From assembly GCA_903847205.1 (NCBI GenBank), contig CAINDA010000065.1, positions 1,267 to 65,266 of the forward strand: a DNA stretch of 64,000 bases, given 5' to 3'. The notes beneath the pieces were generated by a model. The model saw only the letters and a list, made by a program, of their open reading frames with translations, made no database searches and was not told where the DNA came from. This document shows positions 27,242-39,000 of this stretch, piece by piece (positions within the stretch are counted from its first letter, which is position 1; each line of letters begins with the position of its first letter). This stretch comes from an uncultured Bacteroidota bacterium. Lineage in GTDB: Bacteria > Bacteroidota > Bacteroidia > 2-12-FULL-35-15. Position numbers and translations under genes: made by a program.

Positions 27242-30200
27242 ATGAAAACTAAAATTTTTACAGCACTATTCCTTATATTTATTTTAAGCTCTTCGGTTTT
27301 TTCCCAGACTGTTAATGTTACCATTGTTTATAACGGCGCTCAGGGATTGGGGTGCTGCGATGTATGCGGTACGGATTATACATGTATAAACAATATCGGG
27401 GGATGCGGGACTAATGCTCCTTGTTTGAACAGAACTTTTTCTGACCCGGTGCCGGCAGGAAACATAATTACCGGAGTAACTGTTTCTGATTTTGCCGTTT
27501 GCGGAGGATCAAGCCCGGTTTCCAATGTGTCTTCGTCCATCAATGGTGTAGCAATTGGTACAACAGCTGTTCAGGGTGGCTGCCAGTGCGGCGGATGTAA
27601 TAATCAGGTTATGGCAAATACTTTTCCTTGCCCAACGGGACTTTCAAGTTATAATTACGGAGGCAACAATACATTCAGACTTTGCCCTAACGGCGATTAT
27701 TGTATTCAAAGAGCAGTTATAACTTTTACTTATACCCCTGTTTCTATTGCACCTACCGCAGCAACTGCAAACCCTAATCCATCATGCGGAGGCGCTGTAA
27801 CGTTAAATAAGGTTGGCGGTTCTCTGGGTTTTGGTGCAGTCTGGAAATGGTACTCAGGATCTTGCGGAGGCGTACTAGAGGGAACAGGCGCATCCATTGT
27901 TGTTACGCCATCGGCAACAACTACTTATTTTATTAGAGCTGAAGGCGGTGGCTGTGGTACCACACCCTGCGTCAGCGTTACTGTTACAATGAATACTCCT
28001 TCAACTGCGCCAGTCTCCGCCACAGCAACGCCAGCCGTAACATGCGGCGGTGCAACAACATTAAATGTAACCGGCGGTTCATTAGGAACCGGTGCATCAT
28101 GGAAATGGTATTCCGGGTCTTGTGGCGGGGTGTTTGAAGGAACAGGTTCTACTTTGTCTGTGTCGCCCTCAGTAAATACAACTTATTACGTAAGGGCCGA
28201 AGGTACCTGCAATACCACTCTTTGTGTTTCGGTTGCAGTAACTGTAAATCCGGTTCCTTTTGCTATTGCTACACCATCCAGCGCCGCATTTTGTTCTGGT
28301 GGAACCACCGCAATTGCATTAAGCAGTTTTACTCCTGGTACAACTTTTGCCTGGACTATTTCTCCATCAGGAATCACAGGAGCATCGGCCGGTTCAGGAG
28401 CATCAATAGCGCAGACATTAACAAATTCAGGAGCATCTCCCGATTCTGTTGTTTATACTATTACTCCTACAGCGAACAGCTGTATTGGAACCCCGATAAA
28501 CGTTAGAGTGGTTGTAAATCCCGTTCCAGTGGCATCTATTACACCGGCCGGTGCCCAAACAATCTGCGCCGGAATAGTTCTTGGCCTTGCTTTAAACAGC
28601 AACGCGGCAGGAACAACCTTCACCTGGACTGTTGTATTAACAAATGCCGCAGGAGGGCATAATGGCTCAGGAACTGCAATTACTGATACTTTAACTGCTA
28701 CTGGTGGAGGGAGCGGTACTGCAATCTATACCATAACTCCAACTGCTAACGGATGTCCGGGCATTCCAATTTCGGATACAATAACAGTTAACCCCGACCC
28801 AGGTGCTACAGCTGCTGCCAGTCCCATTGTATCAACGATTTGTTCTGGAACAACAACTTCAATATCCTTAACCAGTGTTGCGATAGGTACAATATTTACA
28901 TGGACTGTAACTCAAACTGGAGCTAACGGAGCAACTCCAGGTACTGGAGCAACTATTGCGCAGACATTAACAACCGGGACAATACCATCAACAGTTGTTT
29001 ATACAATTACTGCGACTGCAAACGGCTGTACAGGAAATCAAATAACTTCCACATTAACTGTAAATCCAATTCCGGTTCTTACTGCAACTCCTGCATCGCA
29101 GACATTTTGTTCAGGAGGTACTACCGGAATTGCTTTATCAAGCAATACTGCGGGCACTACTTACTTTTGGTCAGCCAGTGAAACTGGTGTTACAGGTGCT
29201 GTTTTCGGGTCAGATACTTCTATTGTTCAGACATTATCCACAACCGGAATCACGGGCGGTACTGCAGTTTATACAATTACTCCAACAGCAAATGGATGTT
29301 CAGGGAATGCAGTCAATGTTACTATCACTGTAAATCACAGGGATAATGCATCTTTTGTTTATTCATCGGCAACTTACTGTCTGTCGGGAAATAATCCTAC
29401 TCCAATAATTACCGGACTCCCTGGTGGTGTTTTTTCAGCGGTTCCAGCTGGCTTGTTGATTAATTCTGCAACAGGGACAATCAACCTTGCCGGAAGTTCA
29501 CTTGGATCATATACATTAACTTATAGAACTAATGGCATTTGTCCTGATTCAAGCAGTATTACAATGACTATTGATAATTCTACTCCATTTGCGAATTTCA
29601 CTTATCCTGCTTCACCTTACTGCCAGAATGGAACTGATCCGTTCCCGGTTTTTGGTACTGGTGCAAGCGCAGGTGTTTTTACAGTGACCCCAATCGGCCT
29701 GGTATTTGATCATATTAATACCGGACAGATTGATTTATCAGCGAGCGCACCCGGCACCTATACTGTTACAAACCACATCCCTGCAAGCGGTAATTGCGAC
29801 CCGGTAGTTGCATCCTCAACAGTTACTATAACAGTTGCTGATAATGCTTCTTTTGTTTATACATCAGCAACCTATTGTCAGTCTGGAACGCCCCAGACAC
29901 CGGTTGTTACAGGGATTCCCGGCGGTGTGTTTTCAGCTGTGCCGGCAGGTCTTGCAATTAATCCATCAACCGGAACTATCACTTTATCAGGAAGTGCCTG
30001 GGGTTCTTACACGCTGTCTTATCTCACAAATGGTCCTTGTCCCAACACGAGTTCAATAACTATGACAATTGACAGCATAACACCTTCCGCAATTTTTACT
30101 TATGGAGCTGCTTCTTATTGTCAAAACGCAAATGATCCTTCGCCGATTTTTGGTTCTGGAGCAAGTGCAGGGATCTATTCCGCAACTCCGGCTGGTTTGG

Positions 30201-32395
30201 TATTTGTCCATGTTAATACCGGACAGATTGATTTATCTGCGAGTGCGCCTGGAACATACACAGTTACCAATACAATCCCGGCAAGCGGTTCATGTCTCGC
30301 ATTAACGGCAACAACAACTGTTGTTATCAGTCCATCCGATAATGCCTCATTTTCCTATACTTCAGCAACCTATTGCCAGTCTGGAACTAATCAAACACCT
30401 TCTATTACCGGTTTGCCGGGAGGAGTTTTTTCTGCTGTTCCGCCGGGCCTGGTAATTAACTCTGCCACAGGCATCATTAATCTGGCTGCAAGTGCCGTAG
30501 GATCATATACTCTTACCTATACAACAAACGGTTCCTGCTCTAATTCGAGCTCAATTATAATGACAATTGATAATACTACCCCATTTGCGAATTTCAGTTA
30601 TGCAGGCTCTCCCTTCTGTCAGAACACAGGTAACCCTTATCCTAGTTTTGGCCCGGGTGCAAGTGCCGGAATATTTTCAGCTGTCCCTGCCGGTTTAGTT
30701 TTTGTTCACGTTAATACGGGACAGATCAATTTATCAGCCAGTGCTCCGGGTACATATACTGTTACAAATACCATCCCTGCAAGCGGTTCCTGCCAGGCGG
30801 TAATTGCAACCACAACAATTGTGATAAATCCTGCGGATAATGCCTCTTTCTTTTATCCTTCTGCAACCTATTGCATATCAGGAACGCCTCAAACGCCCAC
30901 TATTACTGGTTTGCCGGGTGGTGTTTTCTCAGCGGTGCCGGCAGGATTATCAATTAATCCGGCAACCGGCACAATTACTTTGTCCACTTGCACTTTGGGG
31001 GCATATACGCTTTCTTATACAACTAACGGTAACTGTCCTGATACTAGTTCCATTACAATGACCATTACAAATACTACACCTTTACCTGATTTTACTTATT
31101 CGGGTTCGCCTTTCTGCCAGTCTGGGATTGATCCATATCCAATTTTTAGTGCTGGTGCCAGCGCAGGAATATTTTCAGCTGTTCCTTCAGGTTTGGTTTT
31201 TGATCATGTTAATACCGGGCAGATTGATTTATCATTAAGTGCCCCTGGCACATACACGGTAACTAATAACATTCCTGCGAGCGGTACATGCAGTGCAGTT
31301 AGTCATACGTATACTGTAATTATTAATCAGGCGCCTACAGCGATCGCCACACCTTCCTCTCAATCATTTTGCACCATCGGAACAACACCTGTCCCGCTGA
31401 CTATTGCGCTCACAAGTAATATACCTGGTACAACTTTTTCGTGGACAGTTACTCATTCTGGACTTAATGGAGTAACGCCAGGTTCTGGGTCTTCAATTAC
31501 CCAGACAATCTCGCTTACAGGAGCAGGTCAAGGTACAGCTTCATATACTATAACACCTAATGCGAATGGCTGTGTCGGTGCACCTACAATTATAACCGTA
31601 ACAGTTAACCCAAAACCTGTAATTGATACTGTGGCTTTAGTAATTCTGCCTGCAAACTGCGGCACCGCAACCGGCGCCATAACCGGTATAACGAATGTTT
31701 CAGGGCAGGCGCCTTTAACCTATCAATGGAAAGATTCGCTAGGTAATCCGGTCGGAAACAGTATTGATTTAAACAATGTAATTCCAGGCCGATATACTTT
31801 AACTGTTACCGATGGAAATAATTGCACAGTTTCTGCCGGCCCTGTGATCCTGCCTTCAACAACGGCGGTATTTGCTGCATTTACTCCAAATCCTTCCACC
31901 GGTGAAACTCCGCTTACCGTTAACTTTACTAATAACAGCTCCGGAGCAACTCATTATATCTGGCAGTTTGGTGATGGCCTTAATGATACATCATCTGCTT
32001 TAAATCCATCTCATGTTTATCTTCCGCTTGGGAAATTTACTGTTTGTTTGACTGCGATAAGTGCTGCTAATTGTATAGATACAGCTTGTTCAAAAATTGA
32101 TATTTATCTTAATTCAGTATTTGTGATCCCTAATATTTTTACTCCTAATGGCGATAATATTAATGATATGTTTACCGTGAAGGCAATAGGTCTGAAAACA
32201 ATGGATGCACAGATATTTAACCGCTGGGGCGAAAAAATGTACGAATGGCACACGACTAACGGAGGCTGGGATGGCTATACAGCCAGCGGTGTTGCTGCCT
32301 CGGAAGGGACTTATTATTTTATTATAAAAGCAAGCGGAATTGATGGGAAAGAATATTTTGAAAAAGGAAATTTCTCTCTTATCCGCGGCAAGTAA
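27242..32395 (+). CDS. Giant SprB-like cell-surface adhesin with T9SS type B C-terminal domain (1717 aa)
   Basis: Signal peptide, then a Cys-rich N-terminal head and more than 15 Ig-like ~80-aa modules of two alternating types ('…TITPTANGC.G.P…VTVNP' and 'DNASF.YSSATYC…GLPGGVFSAVPAGL'). An SprB-type repeat 'CGTATGAITGI…PLTYQWKD…TLTVTDGNNC' and a PKD-like segment follow. The CTD reads 'IPNIFTPNGDNINDMF…FNRWGEKMYEW…GNFSLIR'. Confidence 0.8.
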   Translation: MKTKIFTALFLIFILSSSVFSQTVNVTIVYNGAQGLGCCDVCGTDYTCINNIGGCGTNAPCLNRTFSDPVPAGNIITGVTVSDFAVCGGSSPVSNVSSSINGVAIGTTAVQGGCQCGGCNNQVMANTFPCPTGLSSYNYGGNNTFRLCPNGDYCIQRAVITFTYTPVSIAPTAATANPNPSCGGAVTLNKVGGSLGFGAVWKWYSGSCGGVLEGTGASIVVTPSATTTYFIRAEGGGCGTTPCVSVTVTMNTPSTAPVSATATPAVTCGGATTLNVTGGSLGTGASWKWYSGSCGGVFEGTGSTLSVSPSVNTTYYVRAEGTCNTTLCVSVAVTVNPVPFAIATPSSAAFCSGGTTAIALSSFTPGTTFAWTISPSGITGASAGSGASIAQTLTNSGASPDSVVYTITPTANSCIGTPINVRVVVNPVPVASITPAGAQTICAGIVLGLALNSNAAGTTFTWTVVLTNAAGGHNGSGTAITDTLTATGGGSGTAIYTITPTANGCPGIPISDTITVNPDPGATAAASPIVSTICSGTTTSISLTSVAIGTIFTWTVTQTGANGATPGTGATIAQTLTTGTIPSTVVYTITATANGCTGNQITSTLTVNPIPVLTATPASQTFCSGGTTGIALSSNTAGTTYFWSASETGVTGAVFGSDTSIVQTLSTTGITGGTAVYTITPTANGCSGNAVNVTITVNHRDNASFVYSSATYCLSGNNPTPIITGLPGGVFSAVPAGLLINSATGTINLAGSSLGSYTLTYRTNGICPDSSSITMTIDNSTPFANFTYPASPYCQNGTDPFPVFGTGASAGVFTVTPIGLVFDHINTGQIDLSASAPGTYTVTNHIPASGNCDPVVASSTVTITVADNASFVYTSATYCQSGTPQTPVVTGIPGGVFSAVPAGLAINPSTGTITLSGSAWGSYTLSYLTNGPCPNTSSITMTIDSITPSAIFTYGAASYCQNANDPSPIFGSGASAGIYSATPAGLVFVHVNTGQIDLSASAPGTYTVTNTIPASGSCLALTATTTVVISPSDNASFSYTSATYCQSGTNQTPSITGLPGGVFSAVPPGLVINSATGIINLAASAVGSYTLTYTTNGSCSNSSSIIMTIDNTTPFANFSYAGSPFCQNTGNPYPSFGPGASAGIFSAVPAGLVFVHVNTGQINLSASAPGTYTVTNTIPASGSCQAVIATTTIVINPADNASFFYPSATYCISGTPQTPTITGLPGGVFSAVPAGLSINPATGTITLSTCTLGAYTLSYTTNGNCPDTSSITMTITNTTPLPDFTYSGSPFCQSGIDPYPIFSAGASAGIFSAVPSGLVFDHVNTGQIDLSLSAPGTYTVTNNIPASGTCSAVSHTYTVIINQAPTAIATPSSQSFCTIGTTPVPLTIALTSNIPGTTFSWTVTHSGLNGVTPGSGSSITQTISLTGAGQGTASYTITPNANGCVGAPTIITVTVNPKPVIDTVALVILPANCGTATGAITGITNVSGQAPLTYQWKDSLGNPVGNSIDLNNVIPGRYTLTVTDGNNCTVSAGPVILPSTTAVFAAFTPNPSTGETPLTVNFTNNSSGATHYIWQFGDGLNDTSSALNPSHVYLPLGKFTVCLTAISAANCIDTACSKIDIYLNSVFVIPNIFTPNGDNINDMFTVKAIGLKTMDAQIFNRWGEKMYEWHTTNGGWDGYTASGVAASEGTYYFIIKASGIDGKEYFEKGNFSLIRGK

Positions 32396-32597
32396 TCTAA
32401 TACGCAGAAACTTTAATGGAAGCCATTAAAGCACTTTAAAATCATTATTTCGAAAATACAGCCTCTTTTCTGCAACCTTTTAGTTTCTTTTAGCGTCCTA
32501 AGTCAACAAGTGTGTTGATAAAATCGTAAGCGAGCGTGCAGGCTGTAATTTGTTTGTTTTGTATTTTGCCGTCTTACTAGTGCTAAATCTGTCTGCT

Positions 32598-33062
32598 ATG
32601 AAAAATAAATTACAACTTTTATTTTTATTCTTTATTCTGATCTTCTCTTCTGCCAATAGGATTTGCTCTCAAACAAATTCTAATTCTGAATGGCAGCTGA
32701 TAGGTCTTACCCTCGGTGGCAATAATATCTTGGATGGTGTTGAAGCTTTTTTTCAACTCGGAACCTGCAGCGGGGAAGATGTGATTTACATAAAATTCAT
32801 CAATCATACTGCAGCTCCTGTAAAATTAGAATGGTACGATGCCGTATTTACCCAAGAACAAAAATGGATAAAGAAAGAGCAGGAAGCTGATAAAAAATCA
32901 CTTAAGATTGCAGCCAATAAAGAAGATAAGGGAGCGTGTTCTGTTTCCTCGTCAGACAGCTATTCTTCAGAACTAATCGTTAAACTGAAAGATTTTGTTT
33001 CGGATAAAAAAAATTTCAAACGTTATTCGGCTTCTAATTTAACAGTTACTGCAGTTCAATAA
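32598..33062 (+). CDS. Small secreted protein, paralog 2, located upstream of the second giant adhesin gene
   Basis: Starting at the internal Met gives the signal peptide 'MKNKLQLLFLFFILIFSSANRICSQ'. It is a paralog of the ORF at 26752-27225. Confidence 0.55.
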   Translation: MKNKLQLLFLFFILIFSSANRICSQTNSNSEWQLIGLTLGGNNILDGVEAFFQLGTCSGEDVIYIKFINHTAAPVKLEWYDAVFTQEQKWIKKEQEADKKSLKIAANKEDKGACSVSSSDSYSSELIVKLKDFVSDKKNFKRYSASNLTVTAVQ

Positions 33063-33072
33063 CCCTAAACTA

Positions 33073-36000
33073 TTGAATATGAAAAATAAAATTTTTATAA
33101 GCCTATTTTTGTTAGTTGCTGCAAGCTGTTCGGTTTTTTCACAAACAGCAAACACCACAATCACTTATGGAGGCTTTCAAGCTTGCGGAGGCTGTGACCT
33201 TTGCGGAGCAGACTATTGGTGTGTTAACTCTCAGCCCAGTTACTGCGGTAATACTGCGGCCTGCAGAACGGACAACTTTTTTGACCCTGTACCGGCAGGT
33301 AATATAATTACTGGTGTAAGCATAGTATTCTGGGCTGAAGATGGATGGCCGGGGGCATGTTCAAGTGTAAATACGTCAATAAATTCTGCAGTAATCGGAA
33401 ACGGGGCAGTGTCTTCCTTCAGTCAGTGTTCTACCTGTACCAGTCTCACATTGAGTAATTCTTATTCCTGTCCTACAGGTTTGCCAGGTTACAATTACGG
33501 AGGTAATAATGGATTTACACTCTGCCCTAATGGCTCTTTTTGTATTCAAAGAGCTGTTATTACTTTTACTTATACTGTGGCATCAGTAGCTCCGACAGGA
33601 GCAACAGCAAGCCCTAACCCGATTTGCTCAGGGGCTGTTACATTGAACAGGATTGGCGGTTCACTTGGTACCGGTTCATCATGGAATTGGTACTCCGGCT
33701 CTTGCGGAGGAACATTCGTAGGAACTGGTTCTTCTATTAGCGTTTCGCCCGCATCAACCACAACTTATTATGTTAGAGCTTCCGGCGGATGCGGTACCAC
33801 TGCATGTGCGAGTGTGACTGTTACAGTGAATACACCTTCTTTACCACCTACATCTGCAACAGCAAGCCCAAATCCAACATGCGGGGGTGCAACTACCTTG
33901 ACGGAAGTGGGCGGGACACTTGGTTCTGGTGCAGTTTATAACTGGTACACTGGAAGCTGCGGCGGTTCTTTAGTCGGTACTGGAGCCAGTATTAGTGTGT
34001 CTCCATCATCTACAACTATCTATTATGTATTAGCGTCAGGCACATGTAATATAACTCCATGCGCAACGGTTACGGTAACAGTTAATTCTTTTTCAACGGC
34101 CCCTTCTTCAGCATCTGCAAGTCCAAGCACTGTGTGTGCAGGAGTTGCTACAACCTTAACTGAAACTGGCGGTTCCTTAGGTGCGGGAGCCATTTATAAT
34201 TGGTACTCGGGAAGCTGCGGGGGGACCTTAGTTGGAACTGGGCCCTCCATTTCGGTTAGCCCGTCATCTACTACAAACTATTATGTAAGGGCGCAGGGAA
34301 CATGCAATACTACTGCTTGTGCTATGGTTACAGTAACTGCAAACCAAGTTCCTTTTGCAACTGCAACGCCGTCGGCTCCCACTATATGTTCCGGAAATGC
34401 TACTGCCATTGTTTTGAATAGTTTTACACCGGGCACTTCATTTTCCTGGACTGTTACTCAGTCAGGGGTTACGGGTGCTGTGGCAGGTAATGGTGCTACT
34501 ATAGCCCAAACATTGTCGGTTTTAGGAACAACTCCAGGTACTGCCACATATACTGTTACCCCTGTCGCTGCAGGCTGTATAGGTTTTCCAATTACCGTTG
34601 TAGTTACTGTCAATCCAATTCCCGTTGCCACGGCGACTCCTGCAACTCAAACAATTTGTTCTGGGGCTGCCCCTGCTATAGTATTAACAAGCAATATTAC
34701 AGGTACATTATTTAATTGGACTGTTGTTCAGACAGGAGTGTCAGGAGCCAGCACTTCAAGCGGTTCGACAATTGCGGATGTGTTAACAGCGACGGGAGTA
34801 ACTGCAGGAACTGCTGTTTATTCGGTTACGCCCGTAGCGGGCGGATGTCCGGGAATTCCGATTACGGTTACTATTACTGTTAATCCTTCTCCAATAGCAA
34901 TTGCAACACCATCATCACAGACATTTTGTTCAGGGAGCACAACCGGCATAGTTTTAACAAGCAATGTTGCAGGTGCATCGTTTACTTGGACGGTGGTTCA
35001 AACTGGCGTTTCAGGCGGAGCTCCAGGAACTGGCCTCACAATTGCGGATGTTTTAAACACTACCGGCTCATCTGCAGGTACTGCAGTTTATACTATAACA
35101 CCATCAGCAAATACCTGCCCAGGAACACCAATTACAGTTACCATAAATGTGAATAAAATGGATTCAACTTCATTTTCTTATTCAGCAACTACTTTTTGCC
35201 AGACTGGAGTTGATCCTGCACCCACAATCACTGGTTTACCCGGAGGAGTATTTTCCTCAACAGCAGGTTTAGTTTTTATTAGTACTGCAACCGGATTAGT
35301 CGATTTAAGTTTGAGCACACTTGGTACCTATATTATCACTTACGCAACAAATGGTATTTGTCCTAATACCGGAACTCAGACTTTAACTATTACTGGTGCT
35401 CCTGCGGCGGGCTTCAGTTATCCAGCTTCACCTTTCTGCCAATTCGCAGCAAATCCTTCTCCGACTTTTGCGGCTGGTGCATTTGGCGGTGTTTTTTCAT
35501 CATTGCCTGCGGGTTTATCTTTTGTAAATACAAATACTGGAGTAATAAATTTATTAACAAGCCTTCCTGGAACGTATACTATAAAAAATGTAATTGCAGC
35601 AAGCGGGGGCTGTGCAGCTGACAGCGCTACTTCAACTGTTACAATAAATCCCACTCCCATTGCGACTGCCACTCTTTCTCCAGATACTATCTGTTCAGGT
35701 ACTGCGACTTCAATTGTTTTAGGCAGTTCTTTAGCCGGTACAAGCTACGGCTGGACTGTTGTTCAGACTAATGCTGTTGGAGGTGCAACAGGAGGCGGTC
35801 CGACAATAATTCAAACTCTCACAACTACTGGAGCTGGGGCCGGAACTGTGGTATATTCCATCACACCGACTGTCGGAACCTGTATAGGAAGCCCAATCAA
35901 AGATACGGTTACGGTTAACGCTATTACAATTGCTACAGCAACACCTCCTACTCAGGCGTTTTGTTCGGGCGGTACTACAGCTATTGCATTAACGGGGAAT

Positions 36001-39000
36001 ATTCCAGGAACAACTTTTACCTGGGCAGCCAGTGAGTCTGGAGTTACAGGTGCATTGTTTGGTTTCGGCAATACAATAGCGCAAACTTTAACAGCGGCCG
36101 GGACCAGCCCTGGAACTGCGGTTTATACGGTAACACCATCTTCAAACGGATGTTTAGGAAACGGTATAAATGTTACAATTACTGTAAATCCAGCTGACAA
36201 CTCTTCATTCAATTACACTTCAGCGACCTACTGCCAGTCCGGAAGTCCTCAATCACCTTCAATTACTGGTTTACCCGGGGGAGTTTTTTCTTCAGTACCT
36301 GCAGGCTTGTCAATTAATGCTTCTACTGGAACTATTAATTTATCGACTAGTGCTTTAAATGCATATACACTTACCTATACAACAAATGGAATCTGCCCGA
36401 GTTCGACTTCCATTATTATGACAATTACCAATAGTAATCCGAGTGCTAACTTCAGTTATCCTGGTTCTCCTTTCTGCCAAAATGGAACCAATCCTCACCC
36501 AGTTTATACAGCAGGATCGAGTGCAGGAATTTTTTCTGCGGTTCCAGCAGGTTTGACATTTGTTAACCTGAACACCGGCGAAATTAACTTGGGATTAAGT
36601 GCACCTGGGGTTTATACCGTTACAAATACGATACCTGCGAGCGGGACATGCCTCGGGACAAGTGCTGTAACAACAGTTACCATTACACCTTCGGATAATG
36701 CGGCTTTTTCTTATACTTCAGCAACCTACTGTATTTCCGGACCAAATCAGAGTCCGACAATTTCTGGGCTGCACGGCGGAACTTTTCATTCAAGCCCTGC
36801 AGGTCTGGCTATTGATACAACCACCGGGGTTATTAGTCTTTCAACGAGTGTTTTGGGCACATACGTACTTAGTTATTCTACACACGGACCCTGCCCGAAT
36901 ACAAGTTCAATACTTATGACAATTGACAGCGTATCTCCATCAGGTGATTTTCATTTTTCTAACGTTTCTTATTGTCAAAATGCAAGCAATCCTTCTCCTG
37001 TTTTTAATTCAGGTTCAAGTGCAGGTTCATTTTCTTCAACTCCGTCAGGCTTGGTTTTTGTACAAATCAATACAGGGCAGATTGATTTAGCAGCCAGCGG
37101 TCCCGGCACCTATATCGTTACAAATACTATTCCAGCCAGCGGTAACTGTTCAGCATCCGTTACTACAGCTACTGTAACCATAACACGTTTGGATAATGCA
37201 TCATTTGTGTATTCTTCAGCTACCTACTGCACAACCGGCCCAAATGAAACACCAACAATCACTGGTCTTCCAGGCGGCGTATTTACATCAACGCCTGTCG
37301 GGTTATTGATCAATCCGGCAACAGGAACAATAAATTTAGCCGGAAGCGCTGTTGGTTCATACATCCTTTCTTATACTACAAATGGAGCCTGCCACAATAC
37401 TAGCCATATAACAATGACTATTACAACCAATACGGTTTTTGCAAGTTTCAGTTATCCCAGCTCTACGTATTGCCAGAATGGAACTAATCCTTTCCCGATT
37501 TTTGCTGCCGGAGCAAGTGCTGGTGTATTTACAGTTACACCTATCGGTTTGGCATTTGTTCATATTAATACAGGACAGGTTGATTTGGCAGGAAGTACGC
37601 CAGGTACCTATACTGTTACGAATACAATTCCGGCCAGCGGGGGCTGTGCAGCAGTGGTTGCTACCAGCACTATTACTATTTCTCCTTCGGATAATGCATC
37701 GTTTTTCTATCCTTCTGCAACCTACTGTACCACAGGAACACCTCAAACCCCTACAATTACGGGACTTGCGGGAGGTACGTTTTCATCAACACCGGCAGGC
37801 TTAAACATTAATCCGGCAACGGGAGTGATTACTTTAACGTCGAGTGCATTGGGAGTATATACTTTAACCTATACAACAAACGGCTCTTGTCCGAATTCAA
37901 CTTCAATAACGATGACCATTACCAATACTACACCATTTGCTAATTTTGGTTATCCGGCTTCTCCATTCTGCCAGAATGGAGGAAATCCTTTTCCGACTTT
38001 CGGACCGGGAGCAAGTGCGGGGATATTTACATCCGCTCCGGCAGGATTAGTATTTGTGCAGGTTAATACGGGTGAGATAGATTTGACTGCTTGTACTCCC
38101 GGCACATACACTGTTACCAATACTATACCTGCAAGCGGTACCTGCGGTGCTGTAACAGCAACAACTACGGTTGTTATCGGTGCGTCCGACAATGCATCAT
38201 TTGTATATTCTTCTGCAACTTATTGTTTAACGGGCCCCAATCAGACGCCTGTAATTACTGGTTTGCCGGGTGGTGTTTTTTCATCAATTCCTCCGGGCTT
38301 ATCTGTTAATCCGGCAACCGGAGCTATTGATTTAACAACAAGTTCAGTGGGAGCCTATACTCTCAGGTATTCAACAAACGGTGCCTGCCCAAATACCAGC
38401 TCCATTGTAATGACAATTACCAACAGCCCTAATTTGGCAGGATTCAGCTATGCGGGTTCGCCATACTGCCAAAATGCGGCTAACCCTTATCCGACATTTG
38501 TTTCCGGTGCAAGCGCTGGATTCTTTACAGCTTCGCCTGCAGGGCTGGTATTTATACATGTGAATACGGGACAGCTTAATTTATCTGCAAGCACACCCGG
38601 AACTTATACGGTTACTAATACAATTCCCGCTGGCGGCGGATGTGCTGCAGTTACCGCAACAAGTACTGTTACTATAACAGCTGCAGATAATGCTGCCTTT
38701 ACCTACCCATCGGCAACCTACTGTACTTCAGGTAACCCTCAGACACCAACAATTACCGGCTTGCTGGGAGGTACGTTCTCAGCAATACCTATCGGCTTAG
38801 CGCTTAATCCGTCTACCGGAACTATTAATTTAGCACTAAGCGCCCTTGGTGCGTATACGCTTACTTACACAACTAACGGTGTATGCCCGAATTCAAGTTC
38901 GATAACGATGACAATTACAAATACAACACCGTTTGCAAGTTTCAGCTATCCTGCATCACCTTTCTGCCAGCTTGGAAATAACCCTTTCCCGACTTTTGGT

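Noticed and set aside
32396-33072. Whether the two giant adhesin ORFs are one gene split by a frameshift
   Set aside because: Each has its own signal peptide, Cys-rich head and complete type B CTD. They are separated by a full small gene with its own signal peptide.
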